This document shows, one piece after another, positions 49,692 through 62,823 of a stretch of DNA of 64,000 nt (its first letter is position 1; each line of letters opens with the position of its first letter). The position numbers and the translations under genes are program-made. The notes beneath the pieces are model-generated. The model made no database searches, was not told the DNA's origin, and was given only the letters and a program-made list of their open reading frames with translations. This DNA is from Cirrosporium novae-zelandiae (taxonomy: Eukaryota). The DNA is taken from assembly GCA_026023565.1 (NCBI GenBank), contig JAPETS010000002.1:930001-994000 (forward strand), in the 5' to 3' direction.

Positions 49692-50773
49692 ATGACAGCA
49701 TCTAAGAAAGCCAATGTCTTGCTTTTTGGAGGTGGGGCTGTTGGTACGATTGGAGCTGTCAATCTCGAGGCAGGAGGATTAGCAGAAGTCACAATTGTTC
49801 TGCGATCAAATTTTAAGGCCGTTAATGAGAATGGGTATTTAATTGAATCTTGCGATCACGGCGATCTCAAGGGCTGGAAACCAACAAAAGGTATGATTTT
49901 TCCAACTTTCAACAAGCAAATTTCCTTTCCGATGCAGGCAACTAATTTCGCGCAGTTATCAATGGGGTCCCCGATGTAGCTGCTGAGTCCCTATTACCAT
50001 ATGACTATATATTCGTCTGCAGTAAAAATTGTTCAGATATACCTCCGTCCATTGCTACCATCATTGCTCCTGCTGTTACTCCCTCCCACACGGTCATAGT
50101 TCTTAACCAGAATGGCCTCAACATTGAAAAACCGATTCAGGCAGCCTTTCCGTCAAACATCTGCCTCTCTGGCATTTCCCTGATCGACGCCCATGAAAAA
50201 GACCCAGGGCACATTCGGCATGAATATGCAGACGACCTTCTCATCGGTGCATTTCACAATCCAAATCTCAAATTGGAGGATGAGGAAAAGGCTGCGAAGA
50301 ATTTTGTAGAATTATATGGTGCAGCTGGAAAAACGCAAGTCGCTTTCGTCGACGACGTACCCTTCAGGCGATGGCGCAAATTGGTGTACAATGCTTCGTG
50401 GAATCCCATCTGCGCTATACTTGAAACTGACACTGGCACTTTAAAAACTGCAGCTGGTGTCAATATTGTTGAAGGCCTTGTCAAGCCTGTAATGTGGGAA
50501 ATAATAGCGGCTGCAAAGGCTCACGGCTATGATCTCCCAGATGATGTCGTTGACTTCTTCATCAACATTGATCCCCCAGAGCTCAAGCTGAAGCCGAGTA
50601 TGCAAGTGGATAAGGAAAAAGGAAACTTCCTGGAATTTGAGAATTTGGTTGGGGAGCCATTGAGAGCTGGAACAGCCAAAGGTGTCGACATGCCCAAACT
50701 GGCAATCATATACGAATTGTGTAAATTACTGCAGTGGAAGACGAAAGCAGCGAAAGGTCTGATCGAGGGATGA
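49692..50773 (+). CDS. 2-dehydropantoate 2-reductase (ApbA/PanE family)
   Basis: LLFGGGAVG Rossmann motif, VLRSNF, intron ~49891-49955, LNQNGLNIE, RWRKLVYNASWNPICAI, KPSMQVD, EFENLVGEP. Confidence 0.9.
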
Positions 50774-51041
50774 ATATCAATTGCAATGGGGAAGCTAATG
50801 ACGAAATATTTGGCTCAATTTAATTATAAAAGATCTAAATTGTCTGAATATCTGAGTACTTTGGTGTTGATATATTAGCTAGTTACTAAAGTAGGATTAG
50901 CTTTACGATAAAGATAAGGTTATCCGATCCTTAGAACTAAAATCCTCTAGTGGCTTCCCACGCCTCCGTATGGCCAAAGTTTTCAGGCCGGAATTAATAT
51001 GCCATGTTTAAAGCTTCCCCAGATCAACCATCTGTCTAACG

Positions 51042-53150
51042 ATGCGATTACCTCTACTTCGTTTCCGAAATGCCCCTCCTTTATTACTACGTAGACTCGG
51101 TAGCCACCAGTCTACTCCTGTGTTTTGCTCCTCCATTATTGCAAACAATTTCATCGTCGGAGGTCCCCCAAGATTGAGCCCTATTTTTCGAACTTTCCGC
51201 CATGCCGCCGTAAGACTCGAAGATGCTACGATTAATCCTAACGACAACTCCCTACCAGAAGCTAGCGTACCCACAATTCCACTGAGGCTCTTACCACGCT
51301 CCTGTCCAGGTTGCGGTGCCATTACCCAATGGATCGACAAGGATGAGCCAGGCTTTTACGATCTTAACCGTAAGTCGGTTAGGACCTACGTTGCCGCTCT
51401 GCGTAATCAGGATGCCGCTAGGCATGTTGAAGAGAAAAATACTGATGCTCAGGATACCCCGGTACTGGAAGCCCAACTGGACCCAGGGCTAGACTCAGGG
51501 CAAAGTGCTCTCGAAGACCGGCCGACAAATAATGAAGCCCCCAAAAGTACGTACAGCTGTCTGCACGTCCTGAAAATACGTATTGACTCTGATCTTATAG
51601 ATAGTTCGAAAATTTCAATTCTAAAAGATACCCCCGTTTGCGATCGTTGTCATAACCTAATACATCATCATAAAGGCGTGTCCATTTATCATCCGTCAAT
51701 GGACTCAATTGAAGATACCATAGATGAATCTCCATATAAATATAACCATATATATCACGTTTTGGACGCCGCCGATTTCCCGCTATCTCTGATACCCAAT
51801 CTTCAAAACAGGCTCTATCTTTCCCCACAACGATCAAAAAATCGCCGCTCAAAGGCATACAGATACTATCATGGAAGCAGAGCGGATCTGAGTTTTATTA
51901 TCACCCGGTCAGATCTTTTAGCACCAACAAAGGAACAAGTAGACCGTCTGATGCCATATCTTACACAAGTGTTAAGAGATGCTCTCGGACGATCAGGCCA
52001 AGATATCAGACTTGGGAATGTACACTGTGTTAGCGCAAAAAGGGGATGGTGGACGAGAGACTTGAAGGAGAAAATCTACAAACGTGGAGGCGCAGGTTGG
52101 ATGGTAGGTAAGGTAAACGTTGGCAAAAGCAATCTGTTTGAATCCGTTTTTCCAAAGGGCCGGAATCAGGATATGAACGTAGCTCGGCTGCGAGACAGTG
52201 AAACAGCCAACATTACAACAATTAGAGATCCTTCACAAATACCATCTACTGAGGCTGGGACGATAATTAATTCCGATAATGCTCGTGACAATGATTTCAG
52301 TGACGAGAACTCACTACTACCACCAGCTCAACCGGAGACGGCATATCCTGTCATGCCTGTCATCTCATCACTTCCCGGGACTACTGCATCGCCAATTCGC
52401 CTGCCTTTCGGTAACGGCAAAGGAGAATTAATTGATCTTCCCGGCCTTGCACGTGGAGACCTTGAAAAATATGTATTAGAAGATCATAAACTTGATTTGG
52501 TTATGGACCAGCGTATCAAGCCAGTACAACAGGTTATTAAACCTGGACAATCTCTTCTTTTGGGAGGTGGACTCATCCGAATCACCCCGAGAAATGCGAT
52601 AGATATTGTGCTTGCCTATCCTTTTACTACCCTTCCTGCCCACTTAACCTCCACTGAAAAGGCTATTGCTATTCAGTCCGAGCAGCGTGAGGCTGGAATT
52701 ACCAGTATTATGCGTCCCGGAACGGGCGAGATAATCGCTTCCGCAGGAACCTATGTGTTGCGATGGGATGTGACAAAAGCACGTAGTGGACCTGTGACTA
52801 ATCCTGTAGCAATTGGGATTGACACAGACAGACTCCCATATCAGGTTTTGGCTACCGATATTCTGATCGAAGGATGCGGATGGGTTGAGTTGGCTTCGCA
52901 AATACGAAAGCGAGAGCTGGAGAAACGAAGCATGGAGTTTGATGATGGTGATGAAAATTCTTACTTGCCCGCTGTGGAGATATTTACTCCACATGGTAAG
53001 TATGTGGGAGCGCGAAGACCGATGAACGCGTGGCTACTATGCAATAAGAAACCTGGCGTGGGTAAGATGAAGGGCAGACCAAGACGAGCGATGAAAGGAG
53101 TGAAGAAGATGCAAAAAATGGAGACGAGAAAGCAGGCAGCTGTTATTTGA
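51042..53150 (+). CDS. GEP3: Mitochondrial circularly permuted GTPase Gep3/Mtg3
   Basis: Presequence-like N-terminus, CPGCGA and CDRCH Zn knuckles, DAADFP, G4-like ITRSDL, G1 GKVNVGKS, G2 PGTT, G3 DLPG. Probable in-frame intron ~51548-51604. Confidence 0.88.
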   Translation: MRLPLLRFRNAPPLLLRRLGSHQSTPVFCSSIIANNFIVGGPPRLSPIFRTFRHAAVRLEDATINPNDNSLPEASVPTIPLRLLPRSCPGCGAITQWIDKDEPGFYDLNRKSVRTYVAALRNQDAARHVEEKNTDAQDTPVLEAQLDPGLDSGQSALEDRPTNNEAPKSTYSCLHVLKIRIDSDLIDSSKISILKDTPVCDRCHNLIHHHKGVSIYHPSMDSIEDTIDESPYKYNHIYHVLDAADFPLSLIPNLQNRLYLSPQRSKNRRSKAYRYYHGSRADLSFIITRSDLLAPTKEQVDRLMPYLTQVLRDALGRSGQDIRLGNVHCVSAKRGWWTRDLKEKIYKRGGAGWMVGKVNVGKSNLFESVFPKGRNQDMNVARLRDSETANITTIRDPSQIPSTEAGTIINSDNARDNDFSDENSLLPPAQPETAYPVMPVISSLPGTTASPIRLPFGNGKGELIDLPGLARGDLEKYVLEDHKLDLVMDQRIKPVQQVIKPGQSLLLGGGLIRITPRNAIDIVLAYPFTTLPAHLTSTEKAIAIQSEQREAGITSIMRPGTGEIIASAGTYVLRWDVTKARSGPVTNPVAIGIDTDRLPYQVLATDILIEGCGWVELASQIRKRELEKRSMEFDDGDENSYLPAVEIFTPHGKYVGARRPMNAWLLCNKKPGVGKMKGRPRRAMKGVKKMQKMETRKQAAVI

Positions 53151-53666
53151 TTGAATGGAATATGAATACGTTTGTATATTAAAGGATCATGCCGTAAGCC
53201 AGACGGACGGAGTCCTGGAAAAGTGATAGCAGGAGCCGTTGAAGACATGTACGTGAACTGATGAAACCTATGTAAATACAAGTCCTAAAAAGTTATTATA
53301 ATAATGGTCGATATTTCGAAGGCATAGAGAAAACCAACAGAGTTTGTGGTACTTGTGCTGTGCACTGTAATACAGAATTGTGGAGCTTCTCCTGTCAACC
53401 AATGCCAAGCCATACACAGTACAGTACATACAATACATGTAACTTTAATTTGCTCCGCATCGCAGGCTCCCTGGTTTCCTCAGGCCAACAATGGACCCTC
53501 GGTTTGATGAATAGTCGCAGCGTTCAAGTGAACCTTGAACCTACTGACCACCAATTATTAGCCACCCACTTTCTTTATTCTTCAGTCCTGACCTATATCC
53601 CCTAAACATGACATTTCACTCCTTTCAATAAATACCCTACGACGATTCGAATGACCCACAGTAGAC

Positions 53667-56600
53667 ATGAGCGGCCAACAACCTCCGCGAAGAGGCCGCC
53701 GACCATCCAGCACTGGACGTGGAGGGGCAAGCCAGGACCATCGTAATGGTGGCGCTGAAGGCCCTGCCTCTCATATGACCCTAGCCGCCAAATTCGAGGA
53801 CGAGAGAGCTAGAATCGTCAGCAGTTGTTTCTCCAAAGTTGATGAGTCTGGAGACTGTACGTGAGCCCCTTCAATTCAGCTGGCAGACTCGGTTACGATG
53901 GGGTTTTGGTCCTGGGCCTGCTTCTGTTAAAGAATTGTCATGGCATGGAAAGAGAGAGCTTTCACATGATAGATTAGTCTGCAGTTATTGTCGTGACTTA
54001 GATACTGACCGCTACGATGCCAAACAGCTACAGAATCATACCTTACACATCTCAGAATCACCGAAGATGCCGCCTTCCCTGCCGCTCCACCTCCTCCAGA
54101 GTCTCCTGCTGGAAACAAAAAACGTCGCATTATCATTATCGCCGTGCGGAAATCGGGACGAGTACGGGTTCACAAGGGACGGGAGAACCCCAATGGATCC
54201 TTTTCGATAGGAAAAACATGGGTACTCGACGATCTAAGTTTAATAGAATCTTTTACCGGTTTAGCACCATCAAATGTGGACGAAGAAAATCGTAAACAAT
54301 GGGCTGGGGCGGTAGGATTCATGGTGACACTTGGAAAATCATACTACTGGCAAGCAAATTCGGCAAAGGAAAAAGACTTTTTCATCAGTAGTCTAGTTAA
54401 CATTTACCGCAAATATACCGGTGGGAAAGCGCCACAGTTGACTGGATTTCAGCCTCATGAATTGGAACGACTTATAGGGCCACCATCTCGAAATCGTCCC
54501 AGCAATGGGAGTAATGCGATCCCGGCTCAAGGTTCACGGCCACCATCTGCACAAGGTGCCAATCCAGTCCCAGCGTCAGTCCCTGCGATCCCAGGAAGGC
54601 GAGATCAAAGCCGTGAGCCACGTCGAGAGCCTCGAGGACGGCCATCTTATGAGCAATTCGGGCGACCTAGCCTGGAAAGAGCCCAGAGAGGTCCAGGATA
54701 TGATTCACAAACAAGTCAAGAAGACTTCCGAAAGGTCGCACCAGCTCCACTCAGTACTTCACGGCCACAGACACCCTCAAATCTTGCTGCTAGTATAAAT
54801 GGAACGGGACCTAGCCCGGCCCCTAGCCCGATACCATCCATTCCTGACAAGCAGAGGAGAAATGTTACCGGCGGCCAAAGCGTGGATTCATTTACAAGTC
54901 AGCTGTCTAATTCATCTGGCGGCAAGCTTTCTGGCCCTGGCGCCGAACGTCTAAGACCGAATGGAAATGTCCCAGATTCCTCAGACAGGTATGCCTCTAC
55001 ACAGAGGCCAAGGTCGCCTGATCCTACATACCGGTCAAGGTCCCGTGACCCTATGTCTAGATCCCGCCCAACAACGCCTACTGCCGCAAGACCCGATATG
55101 ATGCCTCCGCCGGAGCGAAAACGACCCCCCTTGCCTGTCTCAAGTATAAGTCAAAAGGGTACAGGATATGATACTGATCCGAGATTCTTCTCTCCAACGG
55201 AGAGTCCTGGTTCCAGAAGGAATGATGATGTGCGTGCCCCCTCAAGAGGTAGCCAAAGATCTGGAACGGCTGGTTTTGGGCCCGGACCAAAGAAACCTAC
55301 GGAAGATTCTTCGCAAGCCGATGTCAAAACACCTATTGAACAATCAGAGAGTCCCACAACTTTCTCGCCCCCTGTTCCTAACCCGATAGCTGGACCTCCT
55401 ATATCTCCTCAGAAGACTGCAGAACCAGGGCCTACAGAGGAAGAGAAAGTCCATAGACCGGGACTCGGTCCTATGATAAGGAAAAAGTCCCAGCCAGAAC
55501 CACCACCTGTTGAAGAAGATGGAGATGATGACGAAGATGGACATAGACCAGGCCTTGGTCCTATGATCAAGAAAAAGTCCCAAAAGGATATTGCCAATAA
55601 ATTCCGTAAAGCAGCGGCAGCAGCTTCTCTTATGAGCAATTTCAAGCCAAGAGCAGGCGGTGCAGGCCAACGGCTTATGGCTTCGAAGGAGAAAGCTAGT
55701 AACGAGCCCGATGGTATCACCGGCGTAGTTCCTGCACCTAGCCTGTTACGTGCTATGAGCAGTGATAGCAGCAAGAGCGCCTTGCCGGACCCCACTGTGA
55801 AAGAAGATGTTCCTGAGGCGAAGAAATCCCTGCCGCAACTTCAAGTATCATCCCCAAACAATAAAGCACTGCCAGAACCAGAACAAGAGGAACGGCCCAG
55901 AGCAGAATCGCCAGATGATAGGTCAAGGTCAAGATCTCCTGCTAATGCAGAGGAGCGGCGACGGAAACGACGGTCTGATCATACACCAAAATATGCGGCT
56001 GCCCTCGGTATAGACGTGAGACCTCTAAAACGGAAAGGCCTAGAGATAGACGCAATCTTCAGCGAGTTCGGTTGGGAAGGTGATGCGACACGGGAAAAGA
56101 AGGTCGATGACCTTGAAGCAGACCTTCGGAGAGAAATAGGGAAAGTCGAAGTTGGTAGCTGGTTGGGTCATTTCGAACAAAATGATACCAGAGTTAATGC
56201 TGTTGCGAAACTACTTGATGATGCTATTGCAGAATGTGAAGAACTTGATGGACTACTAACACTTTATAATTTGGAACTTAATGTGAGTGAGATACTTATT
56301 CCATTCAAATATTTACGTGGATTTAACTTGAAAATTAGACAATGGCCGATGACGTTGCATTCATTGAAGCCCAAGGCCAAGGTTTGCAGGTTCAAACTGC
56401 CAACCAGAAGCTTCTGCAAGCCGAATTACGCTCTCTTCTGGAAACACTCTCTCTCTCTTCTTCGGATTTACGCCATCTACGCGAGGTGTCGCTCAATTCA
56501 ATAGACGGAGTTCAAGTTGCAGAAACATCTCTTTGCATGATCTACAAAGCCATGCTCACTATGGATCCTGCCTTGCGGCAGGGTGGTCATACTGCTGCTG

Positions 56601-58453
56601 ATGATCTTCATCGGGAGAGCATTATGAATCAAAGCAATCAAGAGGTCAGCAGCATGCGCGCCGTTCAAGAGAAGAAAGAAAACTATAAGAGTGAAAGTGT
56701 CATGTTCCTTGGACGTCTCAAACAATACATGGCTATAGCTTTCCGAGCAGCAGAGCAAAAGACTATGGACTCACTCACGCAGTCTCGAAATGCCAATCTT
56801 AATAAATTATCAACCAAATTCGATCATCATGCTCATGATCCAGCCAGACAAGATCTCTGGCCCTATCACGCCCTAATGCTCTTCGCTCGTGTGATGGAGC
56901 CATTTGAATGGGATGACTTGATTAGAGCATACGAACAGGCCTCAAAGGCTCCATATCAAGAAGAGGTTAGAAATAATGAAATGGCCTGGAAAAAAATGAT
57001 CAGAAAGGCTACGGGAGAGGAACAAGATATATTATTCACGGCTCCAGAGAAGGAGTCAAATGATATTGCTCAAGCAGCACGGAAGCTGACAGTGAAAAGA
57101 GGAAAGACCTTAAGAGCCACTCTTGGCTCCCGGACTACTACTGGAGAAACTCACGATGGGAGGCTCTTTTCTTTTGAGGCCATGCAGGGTCTCCTAGATG
57201 AGGTTGTTCCCCTTATTTTTACGGAACAAAACTTTATCCTTGAATTCTTCCATGCCACATCCTTAGAGAATCTTGATTTCGCAGATACCGTTGCTGCCGT
57301 ACCTCCAAATTCACGAACCCTCCCCAACCTATCGTCACGAAAGCAGGTTGATCCAGACAAGGAAAAATCAAAGCGAGTTCTGCGTGCAATGGAGGAAATA
57401 TTCTCATTCTGGCCTACTGGCATGCAGAACTTTGTTGACTACACTCTCAAATCCGATCCCCTCCAAGGCGTCGGCGTTCTATATCACATCGAGCGTAAGT
57501 TGGCAGAGCTTGAAGAAACGAACCAAGAATTTCTCATCAAAACCTTGCAAACCCTTCAAAATCGTCTTGAAGGTCTATTTCGACGTTTCGTTGATGAGCA
57601 GATCAAAGGAATCGAAGACACAAAAGTCAAAATTAAGAAGAGGAAGGGTGTCATCGCTTTCATGCGCGTTTTCCCGAACTTTTCGAGCGCTGTTGAAAAC
57701 ATGATCCCAACTCCCCCAAATAACGTCGACCAACTTGATATACGCTTCCTGGTCAATGAATCCTATGGCAAGATCAACAAGGCCATGTTCGAAAGTTTGA
57801 AATTCATTGCCAAGGAGAGCCCGGCCGTGAGCCACGGGCTCTCGACACAAGGAAGTGGTGATCCTGAAGACAAAGAAGTCCTGAATTATCACATCCTTCT
57901 AATTGAAAATATGAATCATTATCTCGAGGAAGTAGACACCAGAGGTAATACTGTGCTTGAAGAATGGCGGGAACGAGCAGAACAAGAATTATCCGAGCAT
58001 CTAGGTCTTTACTTGGATGCAGTCATCCGTCGTCCTCTCGGGAAATCCCTTGTAAGTATTCACCATCCCAACCTTCCCCTGCAACTTTAACTAATCATGC
58101 CACAGGACTTCCTTGAATCCACTGAATCCCTCCTAAAATCCGGAACCCCGCCCTCCTCCATCGCATCCCGAGCATCCCACTCCCGTGCCACGTTCAAAAA
58201 GCTTCTGGCCGTAAACGACTCTAAGGAACTTCGTCGCGGTGTCGACGCCCTACGCAAGCGAATGGAAAAGCACCTGGGCGAAGGAGATGAAATAGGTCTC
58301 AGCAGGAACCTAATCACCAAGGTGTGGACCGAGGCTGAACGAAGATACCAAGCTATCGGGGAGCGGGTGCAGAAGATTGCGGCAGAGGTGTATCCGGAAG
58401 AGGTGATTGTGGGGTGGAGTTCAGAGGATATGTTGATACCGTTTAAGAAATAA
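53667..58453 (+). CDS. SEC3: Exocyst complex component Sec3
   Basis: N-terminal PH-like domain (ESYLTHLRITED, RVRVHKGRENPNGSFSIGKTW), Pro/Ser-rich linker, ECEELDGLLTLY, IEAQGQGLQVQTANQKLL, NYHILLIENMNH; three introns. Confidence 0.93.
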
Positions 58454-59572
58454 GAGAGAGATGGTGGGTCAATGATTTTATTTATTTAGTCTATGTTGTA
58501 GTAAGAGGAGGCGCCGTCAACGATGGGTTCATCTGCCGACTTTGCTTTTTTCCGGCGCGAGATGGTTGATCTTTGAAAGTGCCATTTCCATGTATATGGG
58601 CATACCAAATCTTCGTACTGTTCTCATTGTACAGGCCTACCGTGATGACATCTTCCGGGTCTAACGGACCGTTGGAGGATATATGAGCTTTTGACCCCCT
58701 TCGCATCACGTGAAAGGAATAGACCAGGCCATAACTGCCTAAGGTCTATCTGGTCTATGTAAATAGGAATTTTATAATGGCGAAATGATTTCTTTTTTTG
58801 GCGTTGAAGCTTGCTAGAAAAAAGCTGCAGGGGGACAGAGATGTGAATGGAGTGTCGGAGTTCGGGATTTCGAAATTTTTGAGATTGGTCTAGTATTAAA
58901 AAGGTATAATTAATGTACTGACTGGTACCTACTGTATTTAATTAGCTTCCTCCCTCTTGTGCCCCTGAATGCCATATCGAAGCCTCTGACTATTAAATAC
59001 TAAGGCTCGCACTGAACATTCTAATTACTAAAGCTCAATACGTATCGAAATAGAGCTAATCATTCCAGGCTCAAATACTGCTGGTAAGTCTTGGAGGACT
59101 GATAAAAAATTCAACACCAAGATTTCTGCCAAGACCCGGATTTATATCCAGCGAAGCCGGTCATTAGAATTTGTTTCATATGACCAAGGGGAATGAGAAA
59201 GCCGTCTTTTATTTGTATTTTCCTGGAGGATTTTTATCCTATGTTTCTCTTCAAGGATTTGTAGTGTCGTGCTCAAATTTGGGCATTCATTTGCTCCCAT
59301 ATTTGCCTTCATAACGTCGTCTACCCCAGTTTTCCAGTAATTCGAAGCAACGTTTTTCTTTTACGGTGGTGTAGGGGCGACCAAACTTTCACTGTCACCG
59401 AGGTAATTGATAGGGGATTCTGTTTGCCCGGAAGTGAACAACTATTCATTATTCAAACCCCTACATCTCTAACACTTATCTTCACTTTATCATCAATTTC
59501 CAACCGAAGTCTGTCCACTTTGTCTCAATCTATCATTACTAATGATCCATACATGGAACAATCTTGCAGAAT

Positions 59573-61723
59573 ATGGAGTCTCGTTTAGGTTCAGACTATG
59601 GTGGTGTTGGAAGGGATGAGAATGAGAGTTTCTCTCACAAGCCCACTCCACCTCGGGGGATGGTCGGGCGTTGTGATCAAATGTGTGTCTCTATATTTTC
59701 CTTAACGACTAAATGTGCTAACCATCAATTCTTTTCGATAGCTGGAACAAGAAGGTTCGGAAATTTCACAATGTAAAAACGGCAAAACAGAGAGAAAAGA
59801 AAGCCAGATTTAGACGATATGTCATCCTCGTTCGCCGCAGAATCTCAACCAAGGGACAAGTTATCGCTACTGAGGTTGATATTCAGGGCCCCATTTTGCG
59901 ACAAGTTCTATCTGAAATTCATAAAGAAACTCAGGGCCTGAGTTTCCACAAGGATCTACCTGTGGTAATAATGCTTCTACTTAAATATTGCCACCATTCT
60001 ACAAGAAGCTTTACTAATCAGCAATTCAGCTTTGTCCGGAAATCCTATACCACTCTAAACAAGGCCTTGTAGAACGACTAAAAAAGGAGCAGTCCTCCAG
60101 TCCGGAAAATGAGGATACCATCTTCGAGATTAAATCAGCCCTACAATTCATCGAGGAAGAATATGGGTCCTCTCGAGCCAAGGTGGAAAAACTGCTTGCC
60201 AACCACGAGGTCACCTTTGACCTATTGTGGACCATATTTCCTCCGAACACAATCGTTTATGGTTCTAAAATGCTCGGGCAGCCTCGAGCATGGGTTTCTC
60301 GCTCTATCGAACTTGAAGAAATAGAAGCAGATATATTTCAGATGGTCCTAAGAGCAGAGTACCTTGACTTCGATGGCAAAAATCTAGGTTACGTTGGGCC
60401 AACGAAATTGGTTATTCCCCGATTCCCTAACACAATGCGAATTTCTGACTTACCTTTCTTTCCACTCAAATTGCACCCCGAACTGGACAAAATCCGCCTA
60501 CAACTTCTTTCTAGAGGGCGAAAGGCTTTGAAACTATATGACCGGAAGTTGGTAGAATATATGGGACACGCTTTACGGGAAGCAACAGAACGAAAGGGTT
60601 TAGAACACCATGACCGGAAGCTTCTAGAATATAAGCAATACGTTCTAGGGGAAGTGATAGATGGGATCGTTATCGAGAAGTTTAGGGTAAGTTGGAGCCG
60701 CTATATTTACCTCTCGACTAGTTACAATATTCTAATACCATTTGAAATAGTCTCATGGCAGGGTTATGCTCGACCCTCTCATGTATGATAAGATGGTCCC
60801 GAATAACAAGTTCGTTCCTAAGAGCATTCGGCGTCTTAAAGCTAGCAGCTTAAGCGAGATCTCCCTCATGATACTGAATTCGACTGTCTACGGGTTTAGC
60901 CTTGGTGACAAAATATGGGGTATTGACTGCAAGTCTAGTTAATGTCGAGAACTTTTTACTGACATATAGCCAAGGTGCGTTTAGTATCGATGGTATCGAA
61001 GAAGTTAAGTGGGACTACAGTATATTCGAATCGCTTATCCTACTTAATACGCAAAAGGACTTTATCTATGATCTAGTCAAAGGTCATGGAGCTAGAGACG
61101 AAAATTCATTCGATGATTTTGTTCATGGCAAAGGCAAAGGCCTTGTTGGGTTACTCTCCGGACCACCGGGTGTTGGAAAAACGCTTACAGCTGAAGCGGT
61201 AGCTGAAGCAACAAGACGCCCATTGTATACGGTAAGCTCCAGTGAACTTGGCGAGAATTCTTCAACAGTCAGTATTGGACTCAAGAGAATACTTGAGTAT
61301 GCCGAAGCTTGGGATGCAGTTGTCTTGCTCGACGAAGCAGATGTCTTTCTTGCTAGAAGAGACGACAAAAGTCTGGATCGAAATGCGATCATCTCTATCT
61401 TCCGGCACGAGCTAGAATATTATCAAGGTATCCTAATACTCACCACAAATCACCTAGAAAGACTCGACGATGCTTTATGGAGCCGTATTCACTTCTTAAT
61501 CGATTATCCTCCTCTTGATACCGATGCTCGACAATACATCTGGCGAAGTTTCATTCAGAAGACGGAAGCGGTGATTTATGACAAAGAACTCTATCAGCTG
61601 GCCCAGCTTAATTTGGATGGCCGTCAAATCAAGAACATCATGAGCATGTCTCAATCTATTGCCAAGCAAATGGGTGAAGCTCTAACATTCGAAGGAATCC
61701 AGGCGGTCATGGACCTTTCATAG
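59573..61723 (+). CDS. Fungal AAA+ ATPase
   Basis: Multi-exon gene: VTFDLLWTIF, GRVMLD, FDDFVHGKGKGLVGLLSGPPGVGKTLTAE (Walker A), VVLLDEADVFL (Walker B), LEYYQGILILTTN, LDGRQIKN. Start codon inferred. Confidence 0.88.
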
Positions 61724-62245
61724 AATTTCGAAAGGGATTGTTTTCCTAACTAGTTGTATACGAATAGCCTAGTACCAATAAGAAGAACGTCGATAGCAAT
61801 ATATTATGCTGTACATGTCAAACCTACTTAAATATCCCCTGACCTTAAAATAACAAATAATTCATCACTAGAGTAACTACGCCTACTGTAACAATGACTA
61901 CGACATTTTATATAACCCCCTAAATTCAAACCTCCAAAGCAAAACACCAAATAAACAGTCCAACCACCATGTGCTCCCCCCCCCCCCCCCCCCAAAAAAG
62001 TGAAGGAATAAGCAGTAAATATATTAATTCCACGAGAAAAAGGTTAGATACTAGCATTTATATATATTCCCTCTCTCTCAACTATATATCCATGAACCCC
62101 CCCACCCCCCCTCCCTAAAAAAAAACACTTCCCAAAATAACCAAAACAACCAAGAAAAAGAAAAAAAATTGTAAGTGAAGAAGTTTGAACTTGACAAAGA
62201 AGAAGAAGAAATTGGAGTGAAGGTTAGGTTAGGTTAAGGAGTTGA

Positions 62246-62280
62246 GTGAATGAGTGAGTGAGTGAGTGAGTGAGTGAGTG
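62246..62280. repeat. (GAGT)n-type microsatellite within a low-complexity intergenic region
   Basis: Directly visible. Confidence 0.9.
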
Positions 62281-62823
62281 GTGAATTTTATATATATTTT
62301 ATATATGGGGGAAGCGGATGCCCCTATCTCTCGGAGAGAAAGAGGAAGGGGGGGGGGGAGGTTGTATATATACAGTAGTGTAGCATTGAGGGGTGGGTAG
62401 TAGTGTGATGGCATTTTCTGTATAGGTGGGTGAGGGAGGGGGAAGAACTCGAAGAGGCATTTGTATTTATATTCATCTTATTTATTTACAAAAGAGAGAG
62501 AGCAAGATATCCAGATATATGTATATAATGTACCACGCCGACGTCTAGGATATGGGCTTCTTTATTTTTTTTATTTTCTTATTTTCTTATTTTCTTATAA
62601 AAGGCATAAGACACAGATGTATCTAGGCAGGGGGGTATGATATATGCCTTAGCGTGGCATGGAATGATGGAGGGAGGGGTGTATTTATATTTATTTATTT
62701 ACACTAGATATATATATCAACGCATCATCCCAGCGATTAATATTCCCACTTAAATCATCCCAATACCACCCCCCCCAAAAAAACTCCCCCCTTACAAACC
62801 CAAGTTCCTTACCATCCATCACC

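Noticed and set aside
58719..58758. Inverted repeat ATAGACCAG...CTGGTCTAT resembling the MITE's internal motif
   Set aside because: Only 9-bp arms, with no CAG..CTG TIR or TSD found; may be chance or an old remnant.
62219..62240. Telomere-like (TTAGG)n
   Set aside because: Only about three pentamer units, not TTAGGG, and internal to an SSR-rich intergenic region.
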